Origin: a virus | Length of the DNA: 37,355 nt | Strand: one strand, 5' to 3' | Virus record (IMG/VR): IMGVR_UViG_3300028829_002503 | Shown: in pieces, positions 9,531 to 19,197 of the stretch | How the letters are laid out: every line of letters starts with the position of its first letter | How positions within the stretch are numbered: position 1 is the first letter of the stretch | The notes under the pieces: generated by a model | What the model saw: only the letters and a program-made list of their open reading frames with translations | Database searches by the model: none | What the model was told of the DNA's origin: nothing | Program-made: the position numbers and the translations under genes

Positions 9531-10728
9531 CTAACCATTTATAAACATTATCAAAATATGATTTTGTTATTTCTCTGAACTCTTTACTAAAATATCTTTT
9601 CTTATTATACACCAATCTGTCTTTCAATTCAAGTGTTTTTTCTGCTAATTCTTCTGGTGTTAATTGATTTATAATTTCCATCTGTTCAATAACCATCTCT
9701 ATACGTTTAAACATATCCTCTTCCAGGTCATAACTGTTATCAAATACATCATCAAAAGTATCAAATCCCCAATGTCGAAGAACTTCTAATGTTCTAGGTT
9801 GACCTATAATCATAAAAGGATGCATAAAGACAATTGCTTTAAATACTACTTCTGATACATAACAGCCAGGTCCTACAGGGCTACTTTCGGTTAACACACT
9901 CATAAAAGAGTTTTGATAAAATGATGCTGAACTCCATAAGGTATCATCATAGAAGCAACCATTTTCTTGGAATTCATCAACGTCAAGCACTAGTGGCAAA
10001 TCGTTCATAAATTTGTTCGCTTCTGTTCTCAATTTCTCAATATTGACAAGGTTATACTTATCATATATCTCACCATGTTTTTCTTTATCTGCTACTATCC
10101 ATTCAATGTGTTCTTCGAATGTCTCACCATCCATAGTCTTTGCACAACTTATCAGATTATTATCTAACATATTCATCTCACGCAATCTTAATAAGAAATA
10201 CATTCTATGAGGTTTATGTATTCTGTTGAAACTTAGAAATGTGTTATTGAATGTTCGTTGGTCTATAAATGTATTTGGTATATCATACTTAAATCCACCA
10301 GTTTTTGCTTCTTCCCAATAGTAATGATTCCATCCAGGAACAAAGAATGTCTTTATATTTGATTTGCTATTGTCTGATACAAAGAAGTCACCAGATGCCC
10401 AACAAGTATTTTTTATGTCTGCACCATGTTGCTCTAGTTTTTCATCAATGTTTATATTCTCATGGTAAAAGAAATTACCTTCAGAACATATAGGCTCTTG
10501 TACTGTGCTAATTACAACCCTTGATTCTTTGGGTAACTTCTTTGCTATACTACCATCTTTGACACATTCTATTCCTGCGTTTCCCAACTCTTGTGAAATT
10601 CTAGGTTCATATATTAATCTATTACTTTCTTCAAATTTTATATTATAATCGAAGAACATATTGTAAAGACACATCCACCATTGGTCGTCTCCCAAATTCT
10701 TGAATCTGGTTATGTCTATTGTTAGCAT
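9514..10728 (-). CDS. GT10-like putative glycosyltransferase
   Basis: FLSFNRIHKPHR, SFMSVLTES...YVSEVVFKAI..MHPFMIIG...GFDTFDDVFDNSYD. Paralog of 1..1144. Confidence 0.6.
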   Translation of the reverse strand: MLTIDITRFKNLGDDQWWMCLYNMFFDYNIKFEESNRLIYEPRISQELGNAGIECVKDGSIAKKLPKESRVVISTVQEPICSEGNFFYHENINIDEKLEQHGADIKNTCWASGDFFVSDNSKSNIKTFFVPGWNHYYWEEAKTGGFKYDIPNTFIDQRTFNNTFLSFNRIHKPHRMYFLLRLREMNMLDNNLISCAKTMDGETFEEHIEWIVADKEKHGEIYDKYNLVNIEKLRTEANKFMNDLPLVLDVDEFQENGCFYDDTLWSSASFYQNSFMSVLTESSPVGPGCYVSEVVFKAIVFMHPFMIIGQPRTLEVLRHWGFDTFDDVFDNSYDLEEDMFKRIEMVIEQMEIINQLTPEELAEKTLELKDRLVYNKKRYFSKEFREITKSYFDNVYKWLDDAIQ

Positions 10729-11687
10729 CCATCTATTCCATTGTGGACCATGTCAGTAGGTATATTATCTGTATTGAATGACAAATATCTCTTCATTGCT
10801 TCTGCCATAACCCAGTTTCCTTTTTTACTCATATGTCCGTCTTCTTTAGAGATAACCATGTCTTCTTCTTCAATTTTATTCTGTTTCATTACACGGTCTA
10901 TATCCGAAGTTAGATTCATATATATAAAATCATAACTTTCAAGTGATTCTCTATAATCTTTATTATATTTCCACCAATCATAATTGCCCCAATCTTGCAT
11001 CGTCCACCAAAAAACTTTCACATTGTGTATTTTGCTCAATCCTTTAACGAGTAATAAATTTCTTTGAAAATCTGATTGGTCGTTCTCTTCTGTATTTAAA
11101 GTCTCAAAAGCAGTTTGTATCTTAGTTACTAAACGTAAGTTGGTGGGATTCCAAGAATGTCCAGGAGAAATATTAACAGTTGAGTAGTGTAATTTATTCT
11201 CTTCAGTCCTATTTGTAAAGTATGTTCTTCTTGCATTGAACGAGAATCCACAGATAACATTCTCTATTTGATTTCCATATCTGTTACAATATTTTGAAAG
11301 AATATTTGTAATTAATGTATTACTTGCACCACGTATACCAACATTTATAACTTTGTAATCTTTGTATACGGAATCTTGTAAGTGCTTAGTCCACGTATCT
11401 TTATAATACATGCCATCACAAAACGTAAAACTATCACCCACACAAAGTACAATCTTATCTTCAGGATTTATTTTTTCTTCAGGTGAAAGACTTCTTGTTT
11501 GTAATTCTACATTCCAGTCATCACATATTTCATAGTGTCCTTCTCCGCATAAAGGATTCCGATGAGTTGCAGGAAGAATTGTATCAAGTGGAGAAAACAA
11601 TTGATTATCTGGTCGAAGATGATTTGGATCCTTGTCAGATTCTTTCCAATCATCTGCTTCTTTAAACGTCATCACGCAAATATCCAT
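10722..11687 (-). CDS. SGNH/GDSL-fold protein (putative O-acyl esterase/transferase)
   Basis: CVGDSFTF, NVGIRGASN, EDGHMS. Confidence 0.75.
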   Translation of the reverse strand: MDICVMTFKEADDWKESDKDPNHLRPDNQLFSPLDTILPATHRNPLCGEGHYEICDDWNVELQTRSLSPEEKINPEDKIVLCVGDSFTFCDGMYYKDTWTKHLQDSVYKDYKVINVGIRGASNTLITNILSKYCNRYGNQIENVICGFSFNARRTYFTNRTEENKLHYSTVNISPGHSWNPTNLRLVTKIQTAFETLNTEENDQSDFQRNLLLVKGLSKIHNVKVFWWTMQDWGNYDWWKYNKDYRESLESYDFIYMNLTSDIDRVMKQNKIEEEDMVISKEDGHMSKKGNWVMAEAMKRYLSFNTDNIPTDMVHNGIDGC

Positions 11688-12993
11688 CTAGTTCATAACT
11701 CAATTCAGGAAATGTCATTCTGAAATTTTCATTTCTTAATTTGTCTAATTCTTCATTATGTTCTAATGCTTTTTTTAGAGAATCGATATCTGTTGGTGCA
11801 GATTCATATGAAACTAATTGATTTATCAATGTGTGTATTGCCCATTCTCTTTCACCAGAGTCAATTGCCTCTAATGGTCCGTCTTTCTCAAAGTAGTTTC
11901 TCATTTCTTCTGTGACTAATTTTCTTAATTCTTGTGGCAAAACATTTACACTATAGTAGTCTGGTTGAGTAACAAAATTGTGATGAACTTGAAGTTCATT
12001 GGCTGCCGCCCATTCTAACATATCTACTAGATAAAAATAATTCATCCAACTTACTGTCTGTGTTACTGAGAATTTAAATTTTTTCTTTTGATGAAATGGT
12101 AAATCTTTTCTTGCTTTTTTAAGCATATTAACTGATTTTGTAACATCTGTCCATTTTGTAGGATGTCTTATGTATTCGTTTCTATCTTCAACATCATCTA
12201 TACTAAATCCAACCTCAACATAATCGAATTGTTTCCAAATTTCAATTATTTCTTCAGTCATGTTAGTCATATTGATGTTATACCATAATTTTACATTAGT
12301 TCTTCCTGCTTTAATCATTCGTTTTAAAAATCTAAAGTGTTCTTTAATTAAAGTAGGCTCTCCACCATTGATATAAAATACTTTGGCATTTTTTGAATTT
12401 TCGAACAAGTCGTCCCAGAACTTTTCTTGCTCTGGCCAATCGAATTGATTCATCCCCTTGTCAAATAAATCCAGAGTAGTAAATTTACTTTGCAATTTGT
12501 TATAGTCTGCTATCCATTTACTACTACTCCAAGGATTACATGTTCTGCATTTAGCATTGCATATATTGCCTAATCGTAGTTCAATGAATTCTAAATTAAT
12601 CTCTTTTATAGACCCATCTTCATTTGTGTTCGCTCTTGCTATTTCTTCAGTGTGATGAGAATATATTTCATTCTCTCTAAGTCTCTTACTATGAATTCCA
12701 TTCTCTTCTTCTCTAAAGCATCTTTTACATGTAACTGGCTCTTCTCCATTTAACATCTGAAGCCTTAGTTCATTAAATGAATCTGCATTCATTAATTGCT
12801 CAATTGAGTGGTCTTTTAGATTTAAGAACTCATCATTACCAACATTATTTGGTAAGACATTTTTTCTAACTGGTGCCCAGTTTCTTGCCCTAGATATTCC
12901 ACCTTCATGATTCGCAACACAACAAATTGTTGTTCCGCCGTGTGGGTGTGATGCTAAGTGCATCCAAGGTAATGAACAGAATACTTTACTCAT
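11662..12993 (-). CDS. N-terminal twitch domain radical SAM protein
   Basis: FCSLPW...ICC...CKRC at the N-terminus, CNAKCRTC, INGGEP. Start placed at ATG 12993 (MSKVFC), overlapping the upstream stop. Confidence 0.9.
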   Translation of the reverse strand: MSKVFCSLPWMHLASHPHGGTTICCVANHEGGISRARNWAPVRKNVLPNNVGNDEFLNLKDHSIEQLMNADSFNELRLQMLNGEEPVTCKRCFREEENGIHSKRLRENEIYSHHTEEIARANTNEDGSIKEINLEFIELRLGNICNAKCRTCNPWSSSKWIADYNKLQSKFTTLDLFDKGMNQFDWPEQEKFWDDLFENSKNAKVFYINGGEPTLIKEHFRFLKRMIKAGRTNVKLWYNINMTNMTEEIIEIWKQFDYVEVGFSIDDVEDRNEYIRHPTKWTDVTKSVNMLKKARKDLPFHQKKKFKFSVTQTVSWMNYFYLVDMLEWAAANELQVHHNFVTQPDYYSVNVLPQELRKLVTEEMRNYFEKDGPLEAIDSGEREWAIHTLINQLVSYESAPTDIDSLKKALEHNEELDKLRNENFRMTFPELSYELDGYLRDDV

Positions 12994-14392
12994 CCCAACA
13001 CTCCATCCACCAATCGTATAGTTCAGGACAATGCTCTTGGTAAATGTCTTCGATTGTAGGCATACCAATTTGTTTATCTTTTCTTATTTCACTTAATTTT
13101 GCTTGGAACTGTCTACCGCCAACTGATGGCTCGTGGTGGTCATTCCATTGTTCTGCAAATGTTGGTCTATTTTTCATTTCATGTAATGTTTTAATTAGTG
13201 TATCTTGGTTTCTATCTGCAAGTGGTTCCATATAATCTAGGTTGTCTTGTATAACTTTATCAAGTATGTGCCTAGGCCATGCAAATGGAGAGAATACCAT
13301 ATCTGGATGGAATGCAAACATCATCTTTGTTTCCATTCTTACACCAAGTTCTTGGCTCAAATCGAATAATTCTTTTAATGAGAACATACCTGGACCTGTG
13401 ATTGTTAGGTCTAATAACATCTTGTCTTTACCACCAGGTAACATACAACCCTGTTTGAAGTTTTCTAACCACTCTTCCCACACTAAACCAGTTCGAATGA
13501 ATTCACCAATTTTACCTGTACCATCAATACTTGCACACATCATCCAATCTTTAAACTGTGGTAAATAGTCATACAAGTTTTTACCTTTGAATGTAACCCG
13601 AGACAAGTTAGAATTATATCGAAGATAACAATCTTTGGCAGTTCCTGCTTGTGTCATCTTTTCTAATGTTTCCCAATGAATATCATACATGAGAGGTTCA
13701 CCACCAACCCAATATATTTCTTCTACAATGCCCTCGTCAATCGCTTTTCTAAACTCTGGCTCGACAACATTAACAGTAAATGAATTCATTTTCTTTTTTA
13801 CATCTGGTATCATAAACGGATGCTCTTCAGGTGACCACAACTTGTGTGTCTTTTTTTCTGCTTCCCAACTTGAACTCAATAGTTCTCCGCACATTCTACA
13901 CTTGAAGTTACATAGATTACTGAAGCGGTAATCGAATGAGATTGTAGGCATAGATGTTCTACCCTCATCATCTGTCTTCTCAAATGCTTCTTCAATCTTA
14001 TGTTTGAATAGATGACCTGTAAACCATTTCTTATATGAACTCAAACTTAGGATGTCATCGTTACAAACGTCACACTGTGGAATAGTTTCACCTGCCATAA
14101 GTTTCTTTCTTATGTTCATCATATATGGTGAGTTCCAATGTTCTTCTAATGTAAGTGGATTGAAATCGTCTGCTTTTGTTTTGACTTTCTTTTCTATACC
14201 GTACGAGTCATCATTTGATGCATCAATGTATTGTTTTTGAAACTGGTGTTCCTCACGTGATGCACAGCACATTCTTCTTTCACCTTGTGGTGAAATGTAA
14301 GTGTGTGTCCATGGTGCCATGCAAAAAGTTTTGTTTTTACTTTCTTCAGCACAACTGCCATCATCTTTCCATATTGGTATAATTTTACTCAT
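12986..14392 (-). CDS. N-terminal twitch domain radical SAM protein
   Basis: FCMAPW...MCC...CDVC, CNFKCRMC, VGGEP, SIDG. Confidence 0.9.
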   Translation of the reverse strand: MSKIIPIWKDDGSCAEESKNKTFCMAPWTHTYISPQGERRMCCASREEHQFQKQYIDASNDDSYGIEKKVKTKADDFNPLTLEEHWNSPYMMNIRKKLMAGETIPQCDVCNDDILSLSSYKKWFTGHLFKHKIEEAFEKTDDEGRTSMPTISFDYRFSNLCNFKCRMCGELLSSSWEAEKKTHKLWSPEEHPFMIPDVKKKMNSFTVNVVEPEFRKAIDEGIVEEIYWVGGEPLMYDIHWETLEKMTQAGTAKDCYLRYNSNLSRVTFKGKNLYDYLPQFKDWMMCASIDGTGKIGEFIRTGLVWEEWLENFKQGCMLPGGKDKMLLDLTITGPGMFSLKELFDLSQELGVRMETKMMFAFHPDMVFSPFAWPRHILDKVIQDNLDYMEPLADRNQDTLIKTLHEMKNRPTFAEQWNDHHEPSVGGRQFQAKLSEIRKDKQIGMPTIEDIYQEHCPELYDWWMECWDE

Positions 14393-15666
14393 ATTAGACT
14401 CTTCTCAACATGCATACTTTCTAATGTTTCTTTTATAATAGTGTTAGTTTCTTTACCACAAAATATAGAGCAAGATTTTAATCTCTTTTCTCTTATATCT
14501 CTATTTTCAAATGTTTCCATATATCCTGTTGTGTATATTTCACTGTCAATTATTTCTTTCATAGTGTGATGTTCTAATGAAATAGCATTATCACCAAATG
14601 AGTGTATAAATTTTCTTAGCGGTAAAACCATATCTCCTCCACCAAACTCGTCATCATATTGTGCGGCATGATAACAGCACGGAAAAACTAAACCGTAACT
14701 ATTAACAAATATATGCTTATCTTCAATCGCTTGGCAGTTTATATCACATTTACCTAGACGCTCTTCATGTGGAGTCAATTCTCTCCATTTACTTGAGTCA
14801 GGAATTTCTGAATATGGGGCTGAATATATCCCCCAGTTTACAGGCTCAAGCGGAATTATAGAGTTAGATAAGTCTTCTGTTATGTCCTTAAGATATCCAG
14901 TTATATCATTATCTGTAAGTTCCTTATTTTCAGCACATTCACCTAAATTACGACCATCTTGCTGTTCATTCACATTTTCATATTTATTAAGAGGTGGCTT
15001 AATTGTATATTGATATTCTCCATATCTTCCATATACCCGCATATCATGTTTTTCGTCACCGTTTTTGTCCGTAACTGCATGAAATCCCATTGCCTTTTTA
15101 GCATAGAACCTATCAAATCCTAGTTCTAAAGAAAGTTGGCGTGCTTCTTCTACTTGATGTTCGTTGTGTCTAAAGACAAGAAATTCCCATTGTGCTAATG
15201 CACCAGTTGATATAAAAGATTTCATAGCAACCATTATCTTATCCCAATGTGTGCCTTTTCTATATATCCAATTCGTGTCTTCAAGTCCGTCAACACTAAA
15301 GATTAATTCTCCATTTCCTTTAAATAGTTTACCTAATTCTTGCCAAAACTCTTGGTCTCTTCCACTGGCATTTGTATTCATGCGAAATCGTATAGTCGGG
15401 TTTACAGACCTAAAATATTTTAGAATAGGAATCAACTCTGGATTAGTCATCGAATCCCCATAATTTCCACACATTGTTAACAATTTTAATTGTTTAATAA
15501 AGTCTTCTGGAAACCATTCCTTGACTTGTTTGAGGGTCATATATGTTTCTGTGAATATTTTATTTTTTATTCCACCACTTGCTCTCCTAGAACACGATGG
15601 ACACTCAGCGTTACATAAACTACTAGTCTCTATATCTAATCTTGTTATGTGTTTATATTCAATCAT
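14389..15666 (-). CDS. Radical SAM protein with C-terminal SPASM/twitch domain
   Basis: CNAECPSC near the N-terminus, CGNYGD, FSVDG, C-terminal C...GLVFPCC...CSIFC. Start placed at ATG 15666. Confidence 0.9.
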   Translation of the reverse strand: MIEYKHITRLDIETSSLCNAECPSCSRRASGGIKNKIFTETYMTLKQVKEWFPEDFIKQLKLLTMCGNYGDSMTNPELIPILKYFRSVNPTIRFRMNTNASGRDQEFWQELGKLFKGNGELIFSVDGLEDTNWIYRKGTHWDKIMVAMKSFISTGALAQWEFLVFRHNEHQVEEARQLSLELGFDRFYAKKAMGFHAVTDKNGDEKHDMRVYGRYGEYQYTIKPPLNKYENVNEQQDGRNLGECAENKELTDNDITGYLKDITEDLSNSIIPLEPVNWGIYSAPYSEIPDSSKWRELTPHEERLGKCDINCQAIEDKHIFVNSYGLVFPCCYHAAQYDDEFGGGDMVLPLRKFIHSFGDNAISLEHHTMKEIIDSEIYTTGYMETFENRDIREKRLKSCSIFCGKETNTIIKETLESMHVEKSLI

Positions 15667-16252
15667 ATTTTTTCCAAGCCTCCATAACTTCAGGCATATT
15701 GTCAATAAGGTTCATCTTTTCTTCTTTTGTATTCTGTTTTACAAATTTTCCTTTATATTCTTTAACATTAATGTCTTCATATGCAATATTTATGATTTTA
15801 AACTTATGACTTAATTCTTGTAGTGCGTTCTGGTAATCTTTATCAACCCGGTGAAATGTCTTTACTTTTTCATCTACGTCTTTTATCTTAAATTTTTTAT
15901 ATTTTTCTTTATTCTCACTATTCCAGTGTTTACTATTATAACTTATATGCCAACTTAAGAATTGTTCAAGTAAATCTTTTCTGTAACTATTAATAATCAA
16001 ATCAGGATTTACAACTTCAACGATATCTATGGGATTATATTGTGGCAAATCAGATGGATATTCATCAAAGAATAGTTTACAAGACCAATTCTTTTCTATT
16101 GTTAGTCTACTAATACTTTTTTTAAATTCTGATTCGCCCTTATCAAGGATAATACCTTCACCGAGCATATTAAGATTTAATTTATTTGCCCAAATAGTTT
16201 GCACTATAGTTGTGCCACATCTGCCATGTGAAGATATAACCAGTAATTTCAT
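15659..16252 (-). CDS. Stf0-like PAPS-dependent sulfotransferase
   Basis: 5'-PSB loop SHGRCGTT, LGE, 3'-PB motif RKDLLEQFLS, IAYED. Confidence 0.75.
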   Translation of the reverse strand: MKLLVISSHGRCGTTIVQTIWANKLNLNMLGEGIILDKGESEFKKSISRLTIEKNWSCKLFFDEYPSDLPQYNPIDIVEVVNPDLIINSYRKDLLEQFLSWHISYNSKHWNSENKEKYKKFKIKDVDEKVKTFHRVDKDYQNALQELSHKFKIINIAYEDINVKEYKGKFVKQNTKEEKMNLIDNMPEVMEAWKKYD

Positions 16253-17797
16253 TTAACTTCCTAAGTTATCAGTTTCAGTATTCCAACCTGGAACATTTTT
16301 TACCTCATGTTCGTCATCTCCACCCTCGTATTTTTCAGTAGTTGCAGGGTCTGCCATAAATATTTCCATTGTATTAGTTGGATTATTAGAATTCAAAATT
16401 TGGTCACGGTTGGGTACTTCTGCGTCTAAAGATTTAAACCATTCTGCCAGAGGTCCAGGAAAAGTAGATACAAAGTCTTTATTTCTACGAACATCATATT
16501 GTGAAAAGAATGATTTAAAATCGTTGTATAACTTCGGAGTCTCCGCAGTATTTTTGTGTGGAGTTTTTATGATATCTAAGTAGTCAATTAGTCTCTGTAC
16601 ACTAGCCTTTTCACCCTCGTCAAGCATTGATTGTGGTCTTTCACTTATAAACCAATCATTGAGTTTTTCCATATAATGTGTCTTAATGTCTTCAGGTAGA
16701 ATTGCCGCACTTTGAAACGATGGGAATCTTAAAATATTAAGAGACAACACTGGCGCACGTTCTTTGTATTCTTCACGCAAGTCTAACATCTCATCTAAAA
16801 ACTCTGTTATAGAGTTTAGACAAAGAGAATTGATTGTCATCATCATAAACAATTGTGACACATTTCCTTCTTTAAGAAGACGATGTATATTTTCCATCCA
16901 GTATTTGTAGTCTAGTCCATCACGGATGTACTCGCCTTGTATACCTGTTGCTTCCATAGATGTGTATATGTGAAGATTAGGAATATTGTGTGATTTTTCA
17001 ATCAACTTATCAAAAACTTTAGGAGTTTCTGGACATAAATTACTATTAATCGCAAAACGCATCTCACGGTTTCTACCTGGATTATTCTCAAACCAATCAA
17101 ACAATTTCCATGTGCCTTTATGCATAATAGGTTCACCACCAGTGATACGTATCTCTTCTAAAGAATCTGCTAAGTCACTTTCCCACCATTTGTGGAATGC
17201 TTGAATGTATGGATTATCTTCTTGTTTTCTTGTTGCGGGTTCTGCCCAAGGTGCTGTATCTTGGAAGTGTCCACGACCATCAGACTGGATGTTCTGATAT
17301 CCACCATAGTCATTAATGTCTTTAACCCATGCTGTACTAAATGCTGGATTACAATAAGAACATTTAAAGTTACACGCCCTATCAAAAGATATCTCAAGTG
17401 TCTTTAAATTTACATTCTCTTCCCATGGCATTGTCGCTGTTTTTTTAATATCTTCATCTGTAAATATTTCAGTTTTAAATGTTCTATCTGAAATATGTCC
17501 TTTGCCCATATCTTCAACTTTCCAACAATACTCACACTCAGATGGACGTTCTCCTTCTTGCATCATCTTACGCATCAATTTCTTATGAGGTGTATTATGA
17601 ATTGCCGAGGGATTATCTTTTAATTCTTCGAGTGGAATCCAATGTCCCGGTGGGTGATGACAACTTGTAGTTTGTCCATGTCCCAACCAGATAGTAGCAT
17701 TGTACCATTTAGCGGCACAATAAGAGGGACTGATAACATCAATTACTCTTTTTTTGTATTCTGGGTAAGTCTCAATACCAATTCTTCCTCTATTCAT
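16253..17797 (-). CDS. N-terminal twitch domain radical SAM protein
   Basis: CAAKW...SCHHP...CEYCW, CNFKCSYC, ITGGEP; acidic C-terminal extension. Confidence 0.9.
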   Translation of the reverse strand: MNRGRIGIETYPEYKKRVIDVISPSYCAAKWYNATIWLGHGQTTSCHHPPGHWIPLEELKDNPSAIHNTPHKKLMRKMMQEGERPSECEYCWKVEDMGKGHISDRTFKTEIFTDEDIKKTATMPWEENVNLKTLEISFDRACNFKCSYCNPAFSTAWVKDINDYGGYQNIQSDGRGHFQDTAPWAEPATRKQEDNPYIQAFHKWWESDLADSLEEIRITGGEPIMHKGTWKLFDWFENNPGRNREMRFAINSNLCPETPKVFDKLIEKSHNIPNLHIYTSMEATGIQGEYIRDGLDYKYWMENIHRLLKEGNVSQLFMMMTINSLCLNSITEFLDEMLDLREEYKERAPVLSLNILRFPSFQSAAILPEDIKTHYMEKLNDWFISERPQSMLDEGEKASVQRLIDYLDIIKTPHKNTAETPKLYNDFKSFFSQYDVRRNKDFVSTFPGPLAEWFKSLDAEVPNRDQILNSNNPTNTMEIFMADPATTEKYEGGDDEHEVKNVPGWNTETDNLGS

Positions 17798-19197
17798 TTT
17801 TTGTCTCCGGCAGTTTTTATACTATCATACCAATCTACGATGATAGGGTCAAAAGTCTTTCTAAAATCTTTATTTCTTCTTTTATCATATTGTGTATAAA
17901 ATGATTTAAAATCAATTTGTCTCTGTTCGAGTTTATCGGCAGTAATAGGGTTATTTATGATGTCGTTAAGTTGGGACAACAATCTTGTTACATGGACATC
18001 TTCAATATCAATTAACTCTGCTTTTCTTTTGTCATACCACTCCTGTATTTCATCAGTGTAGTGTTGTAGTATATGAGTTGGCAATGTAGACATACTCTGA
18101 AATTCTGGATTATATACAGGATTTAACGACAATATTGGTCCACGAAGCATTCTCGTATTTATAGGTTTATCTTTTCTTATATCTAATATTTTGTCCATAA
18201 ACTCTGTTATCGAATTTAGACACAAAGCATTTATTGTCATCATTACATATACCCTTTGTACTTGTGTTTCATTTAGTATTCTTTCAACATTTATTACCCA
18301 TCTATCGTAATCTATTCCATCTCTAATATACTCTGCATGGGCACCTACAGATTCATTGCTTGTAAATATTTCAAAATTCGGAACACTATCTGCTATATCT
18401 AATAACTTCTGAAATGTTTTTTCTTTGTCTGGAACGAGATTAGAATTAATAGATAACCTAATATTATCACCTCGACCTGGATTTTCTTTAAACCATTCAA
18501 ATAATCTCCAAACACTTGGATGCATAATAGGTTCGCCACCCGTAATACGAAGACCCTCTAACGTGTCTACTAATCCGCCTTCTACATCCCACCATTTCCA
18601 AAATGCTTGAATATAAGGATTCACTTCTTCTGATTTAGGTGCAATTTCTGCCCATTCTGCGTCACTTTTATAATGCATTCTTTTATCGCTATCAAGACCG
18701 ATATACGGTCCATTGTCTTTGATATCTTTTGCCCATGTCGTACTAAATGTTGGACCACAATATGAACAAGCAAAGTTACAGGCTCTATCGAATGATATTT
18801 CTAATGTTCTTAAAAATGTGTCTTTATCCCAGTTTACTAACGGAATTTGATTTAAATCATTCTCAGTATAGTTTACAGTCTTAAGCACTCTTTCAGATAA
18901 GTTCTCTTCTTGTAAATCTTCTACATTCCAACACTTGTAACATTCTGCAGGTCTTTCACCTTCTAGCATTGACAATCGTTGTTGTTTTTTATGATTTGTG
19001 TTATGAATTGCTGTAGGATTATTTTTGAGTTCACTTATCGGAATTTCATGGGCGGCGGGAAGATGACAACTAACTGTGTGTCCATGTCCGAGCCATATAG
19101 TCGCTCCGTGCCATTTCGCACCACAAAACGTAGGACTAATTGGATCCATAACCCTTTTCTTATATTCTAAAAGTGTTTCGGATTCTAACTTTTTCAT
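17794..19197 (-). CDS. N-terminal twitch domain radical SAM protein
   Basis: CGAKW...SCHLP...CYKCW, CNFACSYC, ITGGEP. Close paralog of 16253..17797. Confidence 0.9.
   Translation of the reverse strand: MKKLESETLLEYKKRVMDPISPTFCGAKWHGATIWLGHGHTVSCHLPAAHEIPISELKNNPTAIHNTNHKKQQRLSMLEGERPAECYKCWNVEDLQEENLSERVLKTVNYTENDLNQIPLVNWDKDTFLRTLEISFDRACNFACSYCGPTFSTTWAKDIKDNGPYIGLDSDKRMHYKSDAEWAEIAPKSEEVNPYIQAFWKWWDVEGGLVDTLEGLRITGGEPIMHPSVWRLFEWFKENPGRGDNIRLSINSNLVPDKEKTFQKLLDIADSVPNFEIFTSNESVGAHAEYIRDGIDYDRWVINVERILNETQVQRVYVMMTINALCLNSITEFMDKILDIRKDKPINTRMLRGPILSLNPVYNPEFQSMSTLPTHILQHYTDEIQEWYDKRKAELIDIEDVHVTRLLSQLNDIINNPITADKLEQRQIDFKSFYTQYDKRRNKDFRKTFDPIIVDWYDSIKTAGDKK

Noticed and set aside
3572-11687. 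Ordinary bacterial O-antigen/capsule locus
   Set aside because: No Wzx/Wzy/Wzm/Wzt or other membrane proteins are apparent, enzymes are in shortened forms, and the locus directly adjoins baseplate-like genes with a T4-type late promoter.
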